A stretch of 64,000 nt of DNA. Source: Malacoraja senta (Eukaryota). Below, in pieces: positions 36,597-49,049 of this stretch. The notes below the pieces were generated by a model. That model searched no databases. It was not told the DNA's origin and was given only the letters and a program-made list of their open reading frames with translations. Each line of letters starts with the position of its first letter. Within the stretch, counting starts at the first letter, position 1. The position numbers and the translations under genes were made by a program. The DNA is taken from the NCBI GenBank assembly GCA_038087875.1, contig CM075988.1, positions 27,840,001-27,904,000 of the forward strand. The letters are read 5' to 3'.

Positions 36597-37011
36597 GTGC
36601 TTAATAATGTACACGTTTCAAGCAAGAAAATCTCTCGAATGGTCAATAAGGAGACTGGCATGTATTCCCATGCATTATCACTAAATGCTCAAATTCTACA
36701 ATGTGGTTACATATGAATTCCAGAAAAAAAGAAGACACTTTTAAACATTTTATCCTGTCAATCAATCCAGCTTATGAAGAACTATAGAAAATGTTGATAA
36801 ACAATTAACTCTCATTCCTATTGACTAGATTTTTGAAATTATTTCAGTTTTAAAAGTAATATGACAGCAGATTTGTCATTGGAGTTGTGTTTTGCCCCAA
36901 CAATATTTATGATTCCATGTGAATATAATGCAAGAACAATGTGGATAAAATTACAAGGATTAAATTGAGAGAAGCAGGTGATTGAGCATCCTAGTTGTTC
37001 AACACTAAGCA

Positions 37012-37225
37012 CAGCAACCCCTGCGTTACTTTGCGGTGGGGGATTTCTAATTGTGATTTTACATAAAGTGAAACTGTGACACGGGTGTGTGCATCAAGAA
37101 ATACACATTTTAGAAAATTAATTCTATGAGAGCCATTGTCACTCTGCGCCTCAAACTTTTGTGGTAGTAATTTGCTATTCTATAAGGGTTATGGCTCCAA
37201 AGTAGCCATAACGCAGGGGTTGCTG
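37012..37225. mobile_element. Putative old MITE with 17-bp perfect TIR
   Basis: CAGCAACCCCTGCGTTA ... TAACGCAGGGGTTGCTG; no clear TSD. Confidence 0.5.
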
Positions 37226-38724
37226 GCACTGAGAATATGTTCCATTCAATTGCTGCCCTTTTTGTCAGCTCACTCTACACACGATTAGGCAAGGCAACTA
37301 GTGTCAAAAAGTTATGTTGCGCAAGGGTATACTGCTTGAGGGCGGTGTGAAAAAAGTGTCAGAATTAAATCCAGAATTTGCTCAGTTTATTGCCTGGAAG
37401 ATTGTTAACAATAATCTCTGTGAAACTCAGTGCTAGCTTTTTGATGAGTCTTTTAAACCACACATAAAAACCTAACAACTGCAGCGTGACTATGTCGATT
37501 GTGTTTCCTGATCATTGAATGTTGAGAAAGAATTAAGATATCTGCTTGGATAAAGAGTTCTAAATTGTAATGCTCTTAAATTTAAAATTGGTGATGGATT
37601 TGATAAACATAAATTCCATAGCTGGAAGACAGTTACACTGAATTAGGTATAGATTTGCATGGCATCAACAATAGAGTAATCTGCAATTTAGTTTTCAAAT
37701 CGGATAGTTTCCCAAAATGAAAGAAAGAAAATTAATTGAATTGTCCATCATAAATTGAAATTTAATTTCTAACTTTATGTGGGAAAGCTTTTTTTCCTGG
37801 ATTCGTATTTGTACTGACACTTTCATGTATGGGTTTCATTTGTATGCATAATCTACACTATTAAAAAAAAAAAAAAAAAGAGCAGTTGATGAAGTTGAAA
37901 GAGGCAAAAGTCAGAAAACGGAGAATCAACAAAACCCAAAGCTGAAAGTTTAAACATGCCTTTGTTTAAAAATTAAATATTGTAAAAAAAAAATTAAATG
38001 CACACGTGTCATCATTATGCAAAGTTATCGAAAAATGTTTCCTTGTACTGATCACCCGATTGGCAGGAGCACAGTATTTGTTGGTTTTTTTCAAAGGGTG
38101 CTTTTGCTACAAGTTTTAGCTAATTGAGCTGTTCAAATATTGTTGAAGGTAAACAAATCAGCATGAAATGTGATATTTGGCAGGCATGAAATGCATATCC
38201 AGTTTCCTGCTTAAACGTCCAACAGATTATGTTTGGGTAAATACCAGTGATGGACTTAGAGGTACTGTTTGTATTTAAAATCATTCTTCTGTTAATTAGC
38301 ACCACTTAAATGCTAGTCTTATTATATTAATGTCATTTGAACAGCCAGAGTGGGTTATTGAGGACCATTTTCTAACATAAAGTATCAATGTAACACCCAA
38401 AGAGATGATCTTGTGTAAATGTAATAGCACTTTCTATTTATAAGTCTGAATTATCATTTTTTTAAAGTTTCTTATTTACATCTGAGATTACATCTAACAT
38501 TACAATGTTAATGACAGGTTTTGTGGTAAGTGTTGAATTTATTCTAGGGTAGTGAGTATTATGTTATTTCAGTGCAGTGTGGATTGAGTCTTGACATGAA
38601 AGATTTCATCCAACTATGAAGGCCTTAGTATTATGTAGGGCCAACCGCGCAGACGTCTGTCTATTGTGTGTTGGTGGTATAGGCCTAGGCTTCTTAACTT
38701 TAGAACTCCAATCTGGTGATTATT

Positions 38725-39010
38725 TAGTTTGGAGATACAGAGTGGAAATATTGTTCTTTGGCCTACCCAATCCATGCCAACCAGCAGTCACCCGTGTACT
38801 AGTTCAATCCTACACACTAGAGATAATTTACAGAAGCCAATTAACCTAGAAATCTGTATGTCTTTTGTAATGTGAGAGGAAACCAGAGCACCCGGAGAAA
38901 ACCCACGCGATCACAGGGAGACCATACAAACTGTACAGACAGCACCTGTAATCAGGATCAAAACACGAGTCACTAGCGCTGTAATGCAGCAACTCTACCA
39001 CTGTGCCACT
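38725..39010 (-). mobile_element. V-SINE (HE1-like)
   Basis: gaaaccagagcacccggagaaaacccacgc..cagcaactctaccactgtgccac. Confidence 0.85.
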
Positions 39011-39179
39011 CTTTAAAACATAAACTTGGCTGGGTTTGAACTAGATTGGCAGGGATCTAGGTACTAGATTGGATCCCAGAGAAGAAAGGAGGCAGATGAG
39101 GTTGGCAAATACTGTTGTCAAAGAGATTAAGATTGGCAAACAGGACAGGCAGGAGCATGCAAAGAGAGAGGAAAGACCA

Positions 39180-39615
39180 ATGATTTAAACTGCATTAATT
39201 TCAATGTTAGAGGCTCAACAGATAATGCGGATGATCTCAGGGCGTTGGTTTGGCTTGGGAGACTGGGATGTTTCAGCAAAATCAAAAACATGGTTGAGTA
39301 AGGGCATGACTGGCAGTTCAGTGTTGGAGGTGGGGGGGTGTAGTTGCCCTTTGGATGAGGGAGGATATAACAACAGTGCATAGAGAGGATATTCCTGCAG
39401 GATTGTTCGGTAAGGCTATATAGGTAGAAACAGGAAGGTAATGATCATTAGATGTGACTATTATAGGCACCCCAAGGATCTAGTTTAGTTTAGTTTATTG
39501 TAACGTGCACTGAGGTGCAGTGAAAAATGTTACACTGGAATTAGCTGGAATTAGAGGAGCATATGTATTGTGAGTCTACAGATAGATATAAGAATAATAT
39601 GGTTATATTAGTGGG
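39180..39615 (+). mobile_element. Old CR1 ORF2 endonuclease-region fragment
   Basis: Degenerate reverse-complement similarity to the 5' part of the 11015-13995 CR1 plus recalled CR1 endonuclease motifs. Confidence 0.45.
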
Positions 39616-39619
39616 AGGT

Positions 39620-40292
39620 TGTGGACAAAATCAACAATTTCAAGTTCCTGGTGTGCATATCTCTGAAGATCTCTCCTGGACATGAAAAAAGCCCATCAAT
39701 GCCTTTACTTCCTTAGAAGATTGAGGAGATTCGGTATGTCGACAAATGCTCTCTTGAACCTCTACAGGTGTACATTAGGGAGCATATCGACTGGTTGCAT
39801 CGCAGCCTGGTTTGGCAACTCTCATGTCCAGGAGCAAAGGAGTTTGACAAAAAATGATGGACACTGCCTGGTTCATCATGGGTACTGATCTTCCCACCAT
39901 CGAAAGGATCTATGGGAGGCACTGCCTCAAAAAAGCAGCCAGCATCACCAAGAACCCACTCCACCTTGGCCATGCTCTAATTTCACTCCTGGCATCAGGA
40001 AGAAGGTATAGGAGTATGAAAACCATGACCTCCGGAACTGTTCAGGAACAGCTTCTTCCCAGCAACTGGCAGGCTATTGAACACGACAAACACCAACTAA
40101 TCTACGATCTATGAACTGTCTTGGTTGCTCTAGGGACTTTGGGCTTTTATTTTGCACTATGTAGGTTTTTCATTGTTTGTTTATAATGTTGATTATTGCG
40201 TACTGTGTTTACAGACCTGCATGCTGGTGCAAGTAAGAATTTCATTGTTCCGCTTTGGTACATATGACAATTAAACACGCTTGATTCTTGAT
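39620..40292 (+). mobile_element. Rex1/Babar-like LINE 3' fragment
   Basis: KKAHQCLYFLRRLRRFGMS..LYRCTLGSISTGCIAAWFGN; HPLHLGHALISLLASGRRYRS-like segment. Confidence 0.88.
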
Positions 40293-41799
40293 CAGCATGG
40301 ACAAATTGGGCCAAAGGAATTGCTTTATTGCTCTCTAACTCTGTGACATTCTTGTGGCGTGTACACTGGGTAACTCTGCCAATGGCATCAGTTTTTCATG
40401 CCCTATTGACTATATTGTAAATCTTCATGTTAGTTCTGAGATTGTTATCGTGCCTTGTAGCTCCTTTATACCTCCATGAAGTTTCAGATGTTTGTACTGT
40501 ATATCAAACTGAGACATAGCATTACGAAAGCTGGGGGCATTTCTGAAATATATGTATTGAACAAATGCAAGTAGATGCTTAAAATTGAACAAATAGTTAA
40601 ATGTTACCCGATGGAATTGTATTGATCTTTTCGACAATAATAGCTTTCCCTTTTTCGTTTATACCTGTTAGAGGATTAGATTTTAGCACTGAGTCAGCTC
40701 GAGAGTATGGTTTGGAAGGGTGTGTTGGCTGAAACTAACTGTTACCTGATATTAATAGATACCAATCCTCAGATCATGTACCTGTATTATTCAACTCTGT
40801 TTTCATAATCTCAAAATTTCTCAAAAAGCGCTATCATATTATCCAGATCTCTGCTGCTTTCTAGCTCCTGAGGCATGTTGTAACCTCCCAAATGTTTTTC
40901 CCAACAAGATGTTTGAGTCACCACGCCTGTCTAGTAGTCGGTGCTGGATGAATAGTATTTACTTGTGTCAAAATGTTGTAAATACTAAGTCATTGGCCAT
41001 GAATTTTAGCCAGGTGAGACCTGACACATAATGTAGCATCCACTGATTTCATTGGGGATTCTGGGCTGGTAAGTTAGAGGGTGGCATTTTTTTTAAATGT
41101 TTTTAGTTTAGTTTAATATTTTGAACAATTATTGTGCTTTGTTTTTAAATAACTGTCATTAATGCTTTTAATCATTAACATCAATTTTAATATTTAAGTT
41201 TTAATGACTGAAAAAATGTTGGTAGACACTCTACCTACCCCCTTCTCCCCACCTGACACCCTCTCAACCATACCTTTACTTTCCAACCACATGTTTACTG
41301 AATGGGGCCTTTCTATTAAATTTTGAGGCCTGCTTTGCTGCTGAGACCTTGTTGCCCATGTGCTAAAAGTCCACAATGATCTTCCATAGTAAAATACTTT
41401 GGAATTCAAATTAAATTAAATTTAAAGGTAAATCAGCAGCTGTAATTAGTCTAGTGGCTTGTTTAAGAGATGATGTGGGAAGGCTATCTGTCGATTTAGT
41501 TTAAGACACTCTCTTCTTATCTGCAATACTTCAGAATAGTCTTTGGATAATTGCTCTGAACCAAGTAGTTTGCATCACCATTTCAGCTTTTATGGTAGTC
41601 CATGTTGTGTACGTGTGCCTTAACTGTTCTATTCATTTACACCTTGCAGAATAATAACACGCTTTACAATGATGAAATAAATTATGATAATCCTAACCAT
41701 GTAATTCAGCAGCAGAGAATTCATGCAAGTATATAAAGTTAAAATAGATACTGTTAAGAAGATAAATTAATCTCTACGATTAACATTAAATTATTCAAG

Positions 41800-41895
41800 G
41801 CAAGACACAATGCTGGAGGGAAATCAACGGGTCAGACAGCTTCCCTGGAGAACATGGATAGGTGACGTTTCAAATTGAGACCCTTTTTCAGATTC
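41800..41895 (-). mobile_element. Degenerate Penelope pLTR fragment
   Basis: gacacaatgctgga..ggtgacgtttc..gagaccctttttcag. Confidence 0.6.
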
Positions 41896-42942
41896 AATGT
41901 AGTCCAATAATCCAGTATAATGCTCTGTTTTAAGAAAAAAAATGAGTGGAGATATAAATGAAAATAATGTACATTGGAATTCATTGTACTCAAAATCACT
42001 TAAAAGCATTTTCTAGTTGGTGAAATGGATCACAGTATTGGCTGGCTCACTCTTATAAACTCAATAACTCGCAAACTAACTATTTAGCTGTACTATGGGA
42101 ACCAATAATTAAAAGTGCCTTAATTTACATGAGAATGTAAGTCTTTCTCCCCACCCATGCCTCAATTCCAGATAATGAAGAGATGCTAATTTGGGGTTAG
42201 AACAGGAAGCAGTGTTTTGTTTAAAGATAGCTCGGTTCATCTCACTGATGTTGTCTTCTCCAAATTTGCTAATTTATTGTGAGTGGATACCCTTCAAATG
42301 TCTCCTGTAACTTTAATGTTTGACAGTTTTTTAGCCAATTTTCACAGCTGTTTTTCAATAAATATTTGTGAAGATGCCAGTGAAGTATCAATGCAATAAA
42401 TTATAGCTAATTCGCTGAACATTTTTTGGAGTTTCATTGACAGGCAATATAATATGTCTTAGTAAAACTAATTTTTGCCTTGGTGATAATTTTTGGCATT
42501 ACCGTTTATTCTGGCATACTGATTTTGCTTTTTGATTTCTGTCACATGTTTTGCTAGAATAGGATAAAAATGAATAATGTATTCCAAAAGTGAGAAAAGA
42601 AAACCTGTAAAAGGCCAGTGTGGACAATGATGTAATAATTAGGGGAAAAGGGAATAAAATAATGGCTAAATGGTGATGAGATGCATATCATAATAAGGTA
42701 TAAAACTGATTCATGAAATGTAATAAATAAGATGGTAATCTCTGTTGTAATAGCAAAAATGTAATATCAGTATGGCCACAGCAAGTTGCCTCAAAACCCG
42801 TGCTTCTGAACAGATAATCTACGTTTGCAATGTTAATTGAGGGACAAATATCTGTCTCGTTAACTTCTCTATATTTATTCTTTGGAATAATGCTATCTAA
42901 TCTTTGCTTGTATTTGAGAGAGCAAAAGTAGTTTGCTTTAGA

Positions 42943-43997
42943 GACTTCTTCCCACCCTGCTTCCTGTAAGGACTCTATTCCCTACTCCCAATTCCTCCGT
43001 CAACGCCGCATCTGTACCCAGGATGAGGTGTTCCAAACCAGGGCATCGGAGATGTCCTCATTCTTTAGGGAACGGAGGTTCCCCTCTTCAACTATAGATG
43101 ACGCTCTCACCAGGGTCTCCTCTATATCCCGTAGCTCCGCTCTCACTCCCCATCCCCCCACTCGTAACAAGGACAGATCCCACTTGTCCTCACCTTCCAC
43201 CCTACCAGCCGTCACAAACAACAGATAATCCTCCGACATTTTCACCACCTCCAACAGGATCCCACCACTGACTACATCTTCCCATCTTCCATTTTCGCAG
43301 AGACTGCTTCCTCCGTAACTCCCTGGTCAATTTGTCCCTTCCCACCAAAACCTTCCTTACCCAAACCACCCCCTCCCCTGGTACTTTCCCTTGCAACCGC
43401 AGGAAATACTACACTTGTCGCTTTACCTTCCCCCTTGACTCCATCCAAGGACCCAAGCAGTCTTTCCAGGTAAGGCAGAGGTTCACCTGCACCTCCTCCA
43501 ACCTCATCTATTGTATCCACTGTTCTAGGTGTTAACTGCTCTACATCGGTGAGACCAAGCGCAGACTTGGCGATCGCTTCGCCCAACACCTCCGCTCTGT
43601 TCGCATTAACCAACCTGATCTCCCGGTGGCTCAGCACTTCAACTCCCCCTCCCATTCCGAATCCGACCTTTCTGGCCTGGGCCTCCTCCATGGCCAGGGT
43701 GAGACCCACCGCAAATTGGAGGAGCAGCACCTCATTTCGTTTGGGTAGTTTACACCCCAATGGTATGAACATTAACTTCTCCAATTTCAGGTAGTCCTTG
43801 CTTCCTCCCTCCTTCCCCTCCCCTTCTCAGCTCTACCACAGCCTACTCTCTCCGCCTCTTCCTTTCTTCTTCCCGCCCCTCCCCCCCCACCCTCACATCA
43901 GTCTGAAGAAGGGTCTCGTCCCGAAACGTCACCAATTGATTCGCTCAATAGATGCTGCCTCACCCGCTGAGTTTCTCCAGCATTTTTGTCTACCTTT
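42943..43997 (+). mobile_element. Penelope-like element (thumb, GIY-YIG, pLTR)
   Basis: FQVRQRFTCTSSNLIYCIHCSRC; reverse-complement homologue of 28261-29310; hammerhead motif at 43903-43930. Confidence 0.92.
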
Positions 43998-44249
43998 GCT
44001 TTAGAGACTGTTGTGTAAAATAGTATTTCTAATAGCTTGGGATTCTGCCAGTCCTACATAGGCGTGTCCGCCTTTGTGCTTTGGCTTGATCCCAAAACAT
44101 CCCAAAACTCCATTGAGAATCTAACCTGCTGAATCACAGTTGATGTTGTTCAAATGGTTCCGGTTTTAGAGTCATATACAGAACAGAAATGGATCATTTG
44201 GCCAACTTCCCCATACTGACCATGATGCCTATAGAGGTTTATATAATTA

Positions 44250-44295
44250 CTAGACTAAGTGGGACCCGTTGGGTCCCAGGCACACGGGAGGCGAT
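44250..44295 (-). mobile_element. Helitron-like 3' terminus (truncated)
   Basis: Reverse complement GGGACCC-AAC-GGGTCCC hairpin, 7-nt spacer, CTAG, then T. Confidence 0.5.
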
Positions 44296-44492
44296 GCAGC
44301 AGATTCTGGTGTAGCAGATCTGCCACATTGAGAAATTGAGTTGGCAAGGCTTTTGATTGTTTAGAGTTTAGAAGAATGAGAAATTATGTCAGCGACACAC
44401 ACAAAATTAATCGACGCTCAGCAGGCGATATTCAGGGAAGAATCTTCACTCTTGGAGAAGAAGTCCAGAACCTCTCAAACTAAGCCATAGAC

Positions 44493-45513
44493 TAGCAATG
44501 TTACAAAATTTTGAGATTTAAAAAATCAAGTCTGCAATTTATCCCATCAGATAAAGCATAAAACAAGTTTAATTTGACACCTAATTCACTTTCATATCTT
44601 CAGTATTAAAGAAGTTATGGCCATTTTCATACTCAGAAATTGACATCTTGTTCCCTATTGCTTTTCCATTGACTTAACACAAAAGCTGTGATCGAGGACA
44701 GTCAAAAGCCCATAACTTAAAAATTAAGAGAACTGAATGAAATTTTCAGTTAATATAGATTGAAGCATTCTGAAACAAATATGAAACAATCTTACTTGGA
44801 TGACCTGAAATTAAAGCATATAATTAGTTAGTTACCTAATTGTAGCTAATTACAAAATTCAATTACTAGATCTAAACATCTATCCATTTCTTAAGAAAAG
44901 ATTAACATTTTTAAATAGCCTAAGTGTCCAAATAACATTCACACAATAATTCACAATATAACATGATTTTAAAATCTCATTGTCATGAATTTATAGGCCA
45001 AATGGAAGGAATTTAATGTTTAATTCCCATAAATTAATGGCCAATTAAATCATCTTGCGACTGGGATTTTGTGGAACGTGATCGATTGGAACGTTGCGGT
45101 TGCGGTGATTTTAAACCCCATATCGGCAGGAAAAACACTGCCGGTTCGTATGGGGCCTAAATTACCTTTTTACAACGTAAAATTTGGATTAAGGTAATCC
45201 TAAGAAGCACATTTATATATAAATTAAATGGCTTACCTTTAGCTGTCCCGTACGTGAAATCCATCCCGTTGTCTGCGTTGACGGCATTAGAAGCGGATTT
45301 TTATTTTACTCCAGTGCTGAAATTGTCCCGCGGTTAAAAAAAAAATGTCACAGAACGGCAGTCGGAACAATTCTTCAGCATTAGCTAGCACCCCGAGAAA
45401 ATATAATCCGGACAGGCAGGAGAAACCCCCCCCCCCTCAAAGGCGCCAAAGTCGCGCACACGGCCAGTGGCAGAACTGCATCGCCGCTGAAGGTACGTTT
45501 TGTAACATACCTA
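44493..45513. mobile_element. Non-autonomous TIR DNA transposon (TAG..CTA) inserted in an old CR1 3' end
   Basis: TAGCAATGTTACAAAA / TTTTGTAACATACCTA (14/16 match); catagac duplicated at 44486-44492 and 45514-45520. Confidence 0.75.
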
Positions 45514-45751
45514 CATAGACTATTTAAAACTGAAATAAGGAGTAATTTATTCATTAAAAAGATGGTGAATCTTAACAATTCTTTATTCCACAGGTGTGTG
45601 GAGGCCCAGTATTTAAAAAATGAGATTGATTTGAGTTTTGGATCTTTGTAAAGTCGAAGGACATGGGGAAATGATGTTGAGATAGAAGATCAGATATGAT
45701 CTTGTTGTGCAGCAGAGCAGGCTTGCAGGACCAAATTGCATAGTCCTGCCC

Positions 45752-46192
45752 TACAATACAATACAATACAATTTATTTGTCATTTTGACCCCGTTGAGGT
45801 CCAAACAAAATGTCGTTTCTGCAGCCATACATTACAAAACGAAGAAGACCCGAGACACAACACAATTTACACATACATCCATCACAGCGATGGAAGGCAA
45901 AAAAAACATATCTCTCCACTGCACTCCCCCCCCCCCCCCGATGTCAGAGTCAAAGTCAAAGCCCCCGGCGGGCGATGGTGATTGTCCCGCGGCCATTAAA
46001 GCCACGCCGGGTAATGCAAGGTCGCGCACCGGGTCTTGGTGTTAGAGCGTGCGTTCGCAAAGTCCCGCGGCCATTCCAAGCCGCGCGGGGCGATGATGTA
46101 AAGCCCCGCTCCAGGTGCTCTTCAACCCCGCAACTCGGGCGGGAGAAGTCGCCGCTGCGGAAGCCCCGAAAAGCGGTCTCCCACCAGGGACC
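45752..46192 (-). mobile_element. GC-rich short retroposon with (ATTGT)n tail
   Basis: (tacaa)n plus tttatttgtca at left end, CpG-rich body, interrupts the old CR1 tail. Confidence 0.6.
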
Positions 46193-47827
46193 CTGTTTCT
46201 TGTATTGTTATGCTAGTCTCTTATCAAATAGCTAAATAATGCCTCATGGATCAAATGAAATCCATATTGAAGTGCAAAAATATGGCAGAGAATTACTTGA
46301 GGTGTGAATTCATGTTCTCATTTCCCTTATTTGTAGAGAAGAGCAATGGGTTTTCACAGACTGCGTAATTGTGATCATCTTCAAGAAAGAAAGGAAGTCA
46401 TTACAGAGCTGCTCTCTGCTGACTGCCACAGAAAAAGTCACTGGATGGACCCTCCGTGACTATTTACTATCATAGATGAGCGTCTTCCAGTCATAGAGAT
46501 TCTTTCCGGATTACAATGGGTATAATGTTCACCATGCGACAAATGCCTGAAAAGCAGAGTGAGCAACATCAACCACTTACATGGCCTTTTGTTGCTCCAT
46601 AAGGGCCTTTGATTCCTTCAAGATGAGTTTATTGTTGTCCGCACTAAGCATAGTGAGAAACTGTTACAATGGAAAATCTTGCTTCCAGTAGCATGACACA
46701 CACATAGATTCAGCCAAACGCAGAAAAAACATAAATTATACATAAATTAAACAAAATTCTGCAAGGCAGTAAAAAGAAAACCGTGCAGAAAACATTGTAA
46801 TTGAATCAATCCACCAGAGGGGGTGTTAACCTGCAGAAAGAACAGGAGAATGTTTGACTTTCACCGTCTCCTCCAAAACCAAGATCGCCCACCGCCTAAT
46901 CCATGTGAACAGAAAAACATTAATGTTGCCTGGATTATTTGTAGGTAAATATTGTCTGCCAACACAAAGGCCTGGACATTCTTAGTGACGATATGAGGAA
47001 CTGATCTAAGTGAGGATTAGTGAAATTGGAAGGTCAGCAGGTGACATGCACCTCCACACAGCTGTCTACCCAAAACAGTAATTGTGGCTGATTGCAATGA
47101 TTATCCAACCAGCCCCATTGTATCACATGGCTTCCAAGATCAGTTTCTTCTCCTGTATAGAATATATATCTCTTATTTATTAGTTATAAATCATGATTGT
47201 ATTCAAAAATAGAATGAGCAAATTACCTAAAAGATGCAAGCTGACTAAAAATGTATGTACCTTTCTGCACGTGTTGTTTTCTTCACAGCATTACTGCCAC
47301 AGATGGTAACTTTGACTTTGATGTTAGGACTAAATTGCAAAGGAGTCAACTGTTATAGATATGAAGGATTTGGTTGTTTTTCATTAGACTTTTTTTCCCC
47401 CTCCATTTCTGCAAAGGCAGCTGCACTCCAGAAATCTGATGACTACAATTAAAGTTGGCATTTGTAGCTTGTCAGCAACTGCATTCGCACAAGGCTGAAA
47501 ATAAGTGTGTTTTTTTTCGATATTGAATACAACCCAATTTAATCTCTTTCAAAACACAGTGCTGCAGGTTGCATCAATTGCAGGCAAGTTTTATGTTATG
47601 AAGGGAGATTGCAAATAACAACTGACATTCAAAAGAAACACAGCATGCAATTTGTTCAGCCAATTTAAGTAATAGCCTATTGAATTAGTCACCTGAAAGA
47701 AAAAACTTGCATCTCCCAAGTGCTTTTTACATGAGTAGGACATGACCATGCTCTTCACAGTTAACAAAGTAATTTCAGGTAAAATTGATTTTAGCAAATT
47801 ATCTTTCAGGCAAGCCAATTCATATTA

Positions 47828-47962
47828 TTGGTCTGAAGCTGGGTCTTGACCCGAAACGCCACCCATTCCTTCTCTCCAGAGATGCTGCCTGTCCCGCTGA
47901 GTTTGCTCCAGTATTTCGTGTCTATCTTCGATTTAAACCAGCATCTGCAGTTCTTTCCTACT
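47828..47962 (+). mobile_element. Penelope pLTR fragment (hammerhead core mutated)
   Basis: ctgaagctgggtcttgacccgaaacgcc..aaaccagcatctgcagttc. Confidence 0.75.
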
Positions 47963-49049
47963 CATATTATTTGAAGCCAGACATTGAATATTAACAATGA
48001 ACAGTTAAAATTCTGAAATATCCTAAAGAAGTGTTGCTGGAATAGAAATATAGATGGCAATAACACATAACTATTTGACTTATACTACCTTTACAGGTTT
48101 CCCAAAAAATAAGGTGTTATTAAATTATGCTATCTCTGCATTTTCCTCCAGGTAGATTTTTTTTGTGCAAATGTTCGCTTCTTTTGATACCTCATTCCTT
48201 TCATTAATGACTGCTGACATTGTTTAGACTCTTAAATATAATATCTTGAACACCTGCTTATTCATTCTCCTCACAGAATTATCTACTTGATTAAAAATAT
48301 GGCAGCGGTTCCTGACCTCCCTCACGAATCATTTTCTTAATTGAATTCAGAGTTGTTATTTCTTCAATTTGTTGCTGTTAAATGTGCATACAGACAATAT
48401 ATATTATCTCTTTATGTATGTGTTGAAAAGCAGCCATTAATTTCCAATAAACATGACTGAAATGGAGAACAGAAGTTCCCAAGAAGACCTTGCCATCAAG
48501 AGTGTTCCTAGTTAAATGCAAAAGTAACCTCTAATATGTCCAGTTAACATGATTTTTTTTGTTTGAACATGATTGGACTGAATCAATTCAGAACATCTGC
48601 TAATCCAAAATGTAACTGAAATCTGAGATTGTTAGCAATCCAGGTATGAACTGCTTTAATCTATGCCTCCCTGTATACCATGAATTGTGTCAAATATTTA
48701 TCTGAGGGAATAGATCTGTTGTGTTTATTATTTGTGTCTACCTTCAAATAATAAAAGCAGACTCAGAATAAATAAAAACTTTACTCACCTATTTCCCTGC
48801 AACAGATGTCTTCCTTTGGTTCCAATGGGCTTCCTGTACATGACACAAATTTCAGCAAACACATTATCCAGCCTAAGACCTGCGAGGCCTGTGGTAGTTC
48901 ATGCTGCCTGGTTGGACTCCAAGAAGGGCAGTGGGAAGTTTTGTGGTAAGGAGTGTATGGGGCAGAAAGTTGAACTATGGTCATCACTCCAGCATTGCCC
49001 AGTTATAGGTGTAACTGTCAGCAGATTGTGCAGTTTCAATCCATCTATA

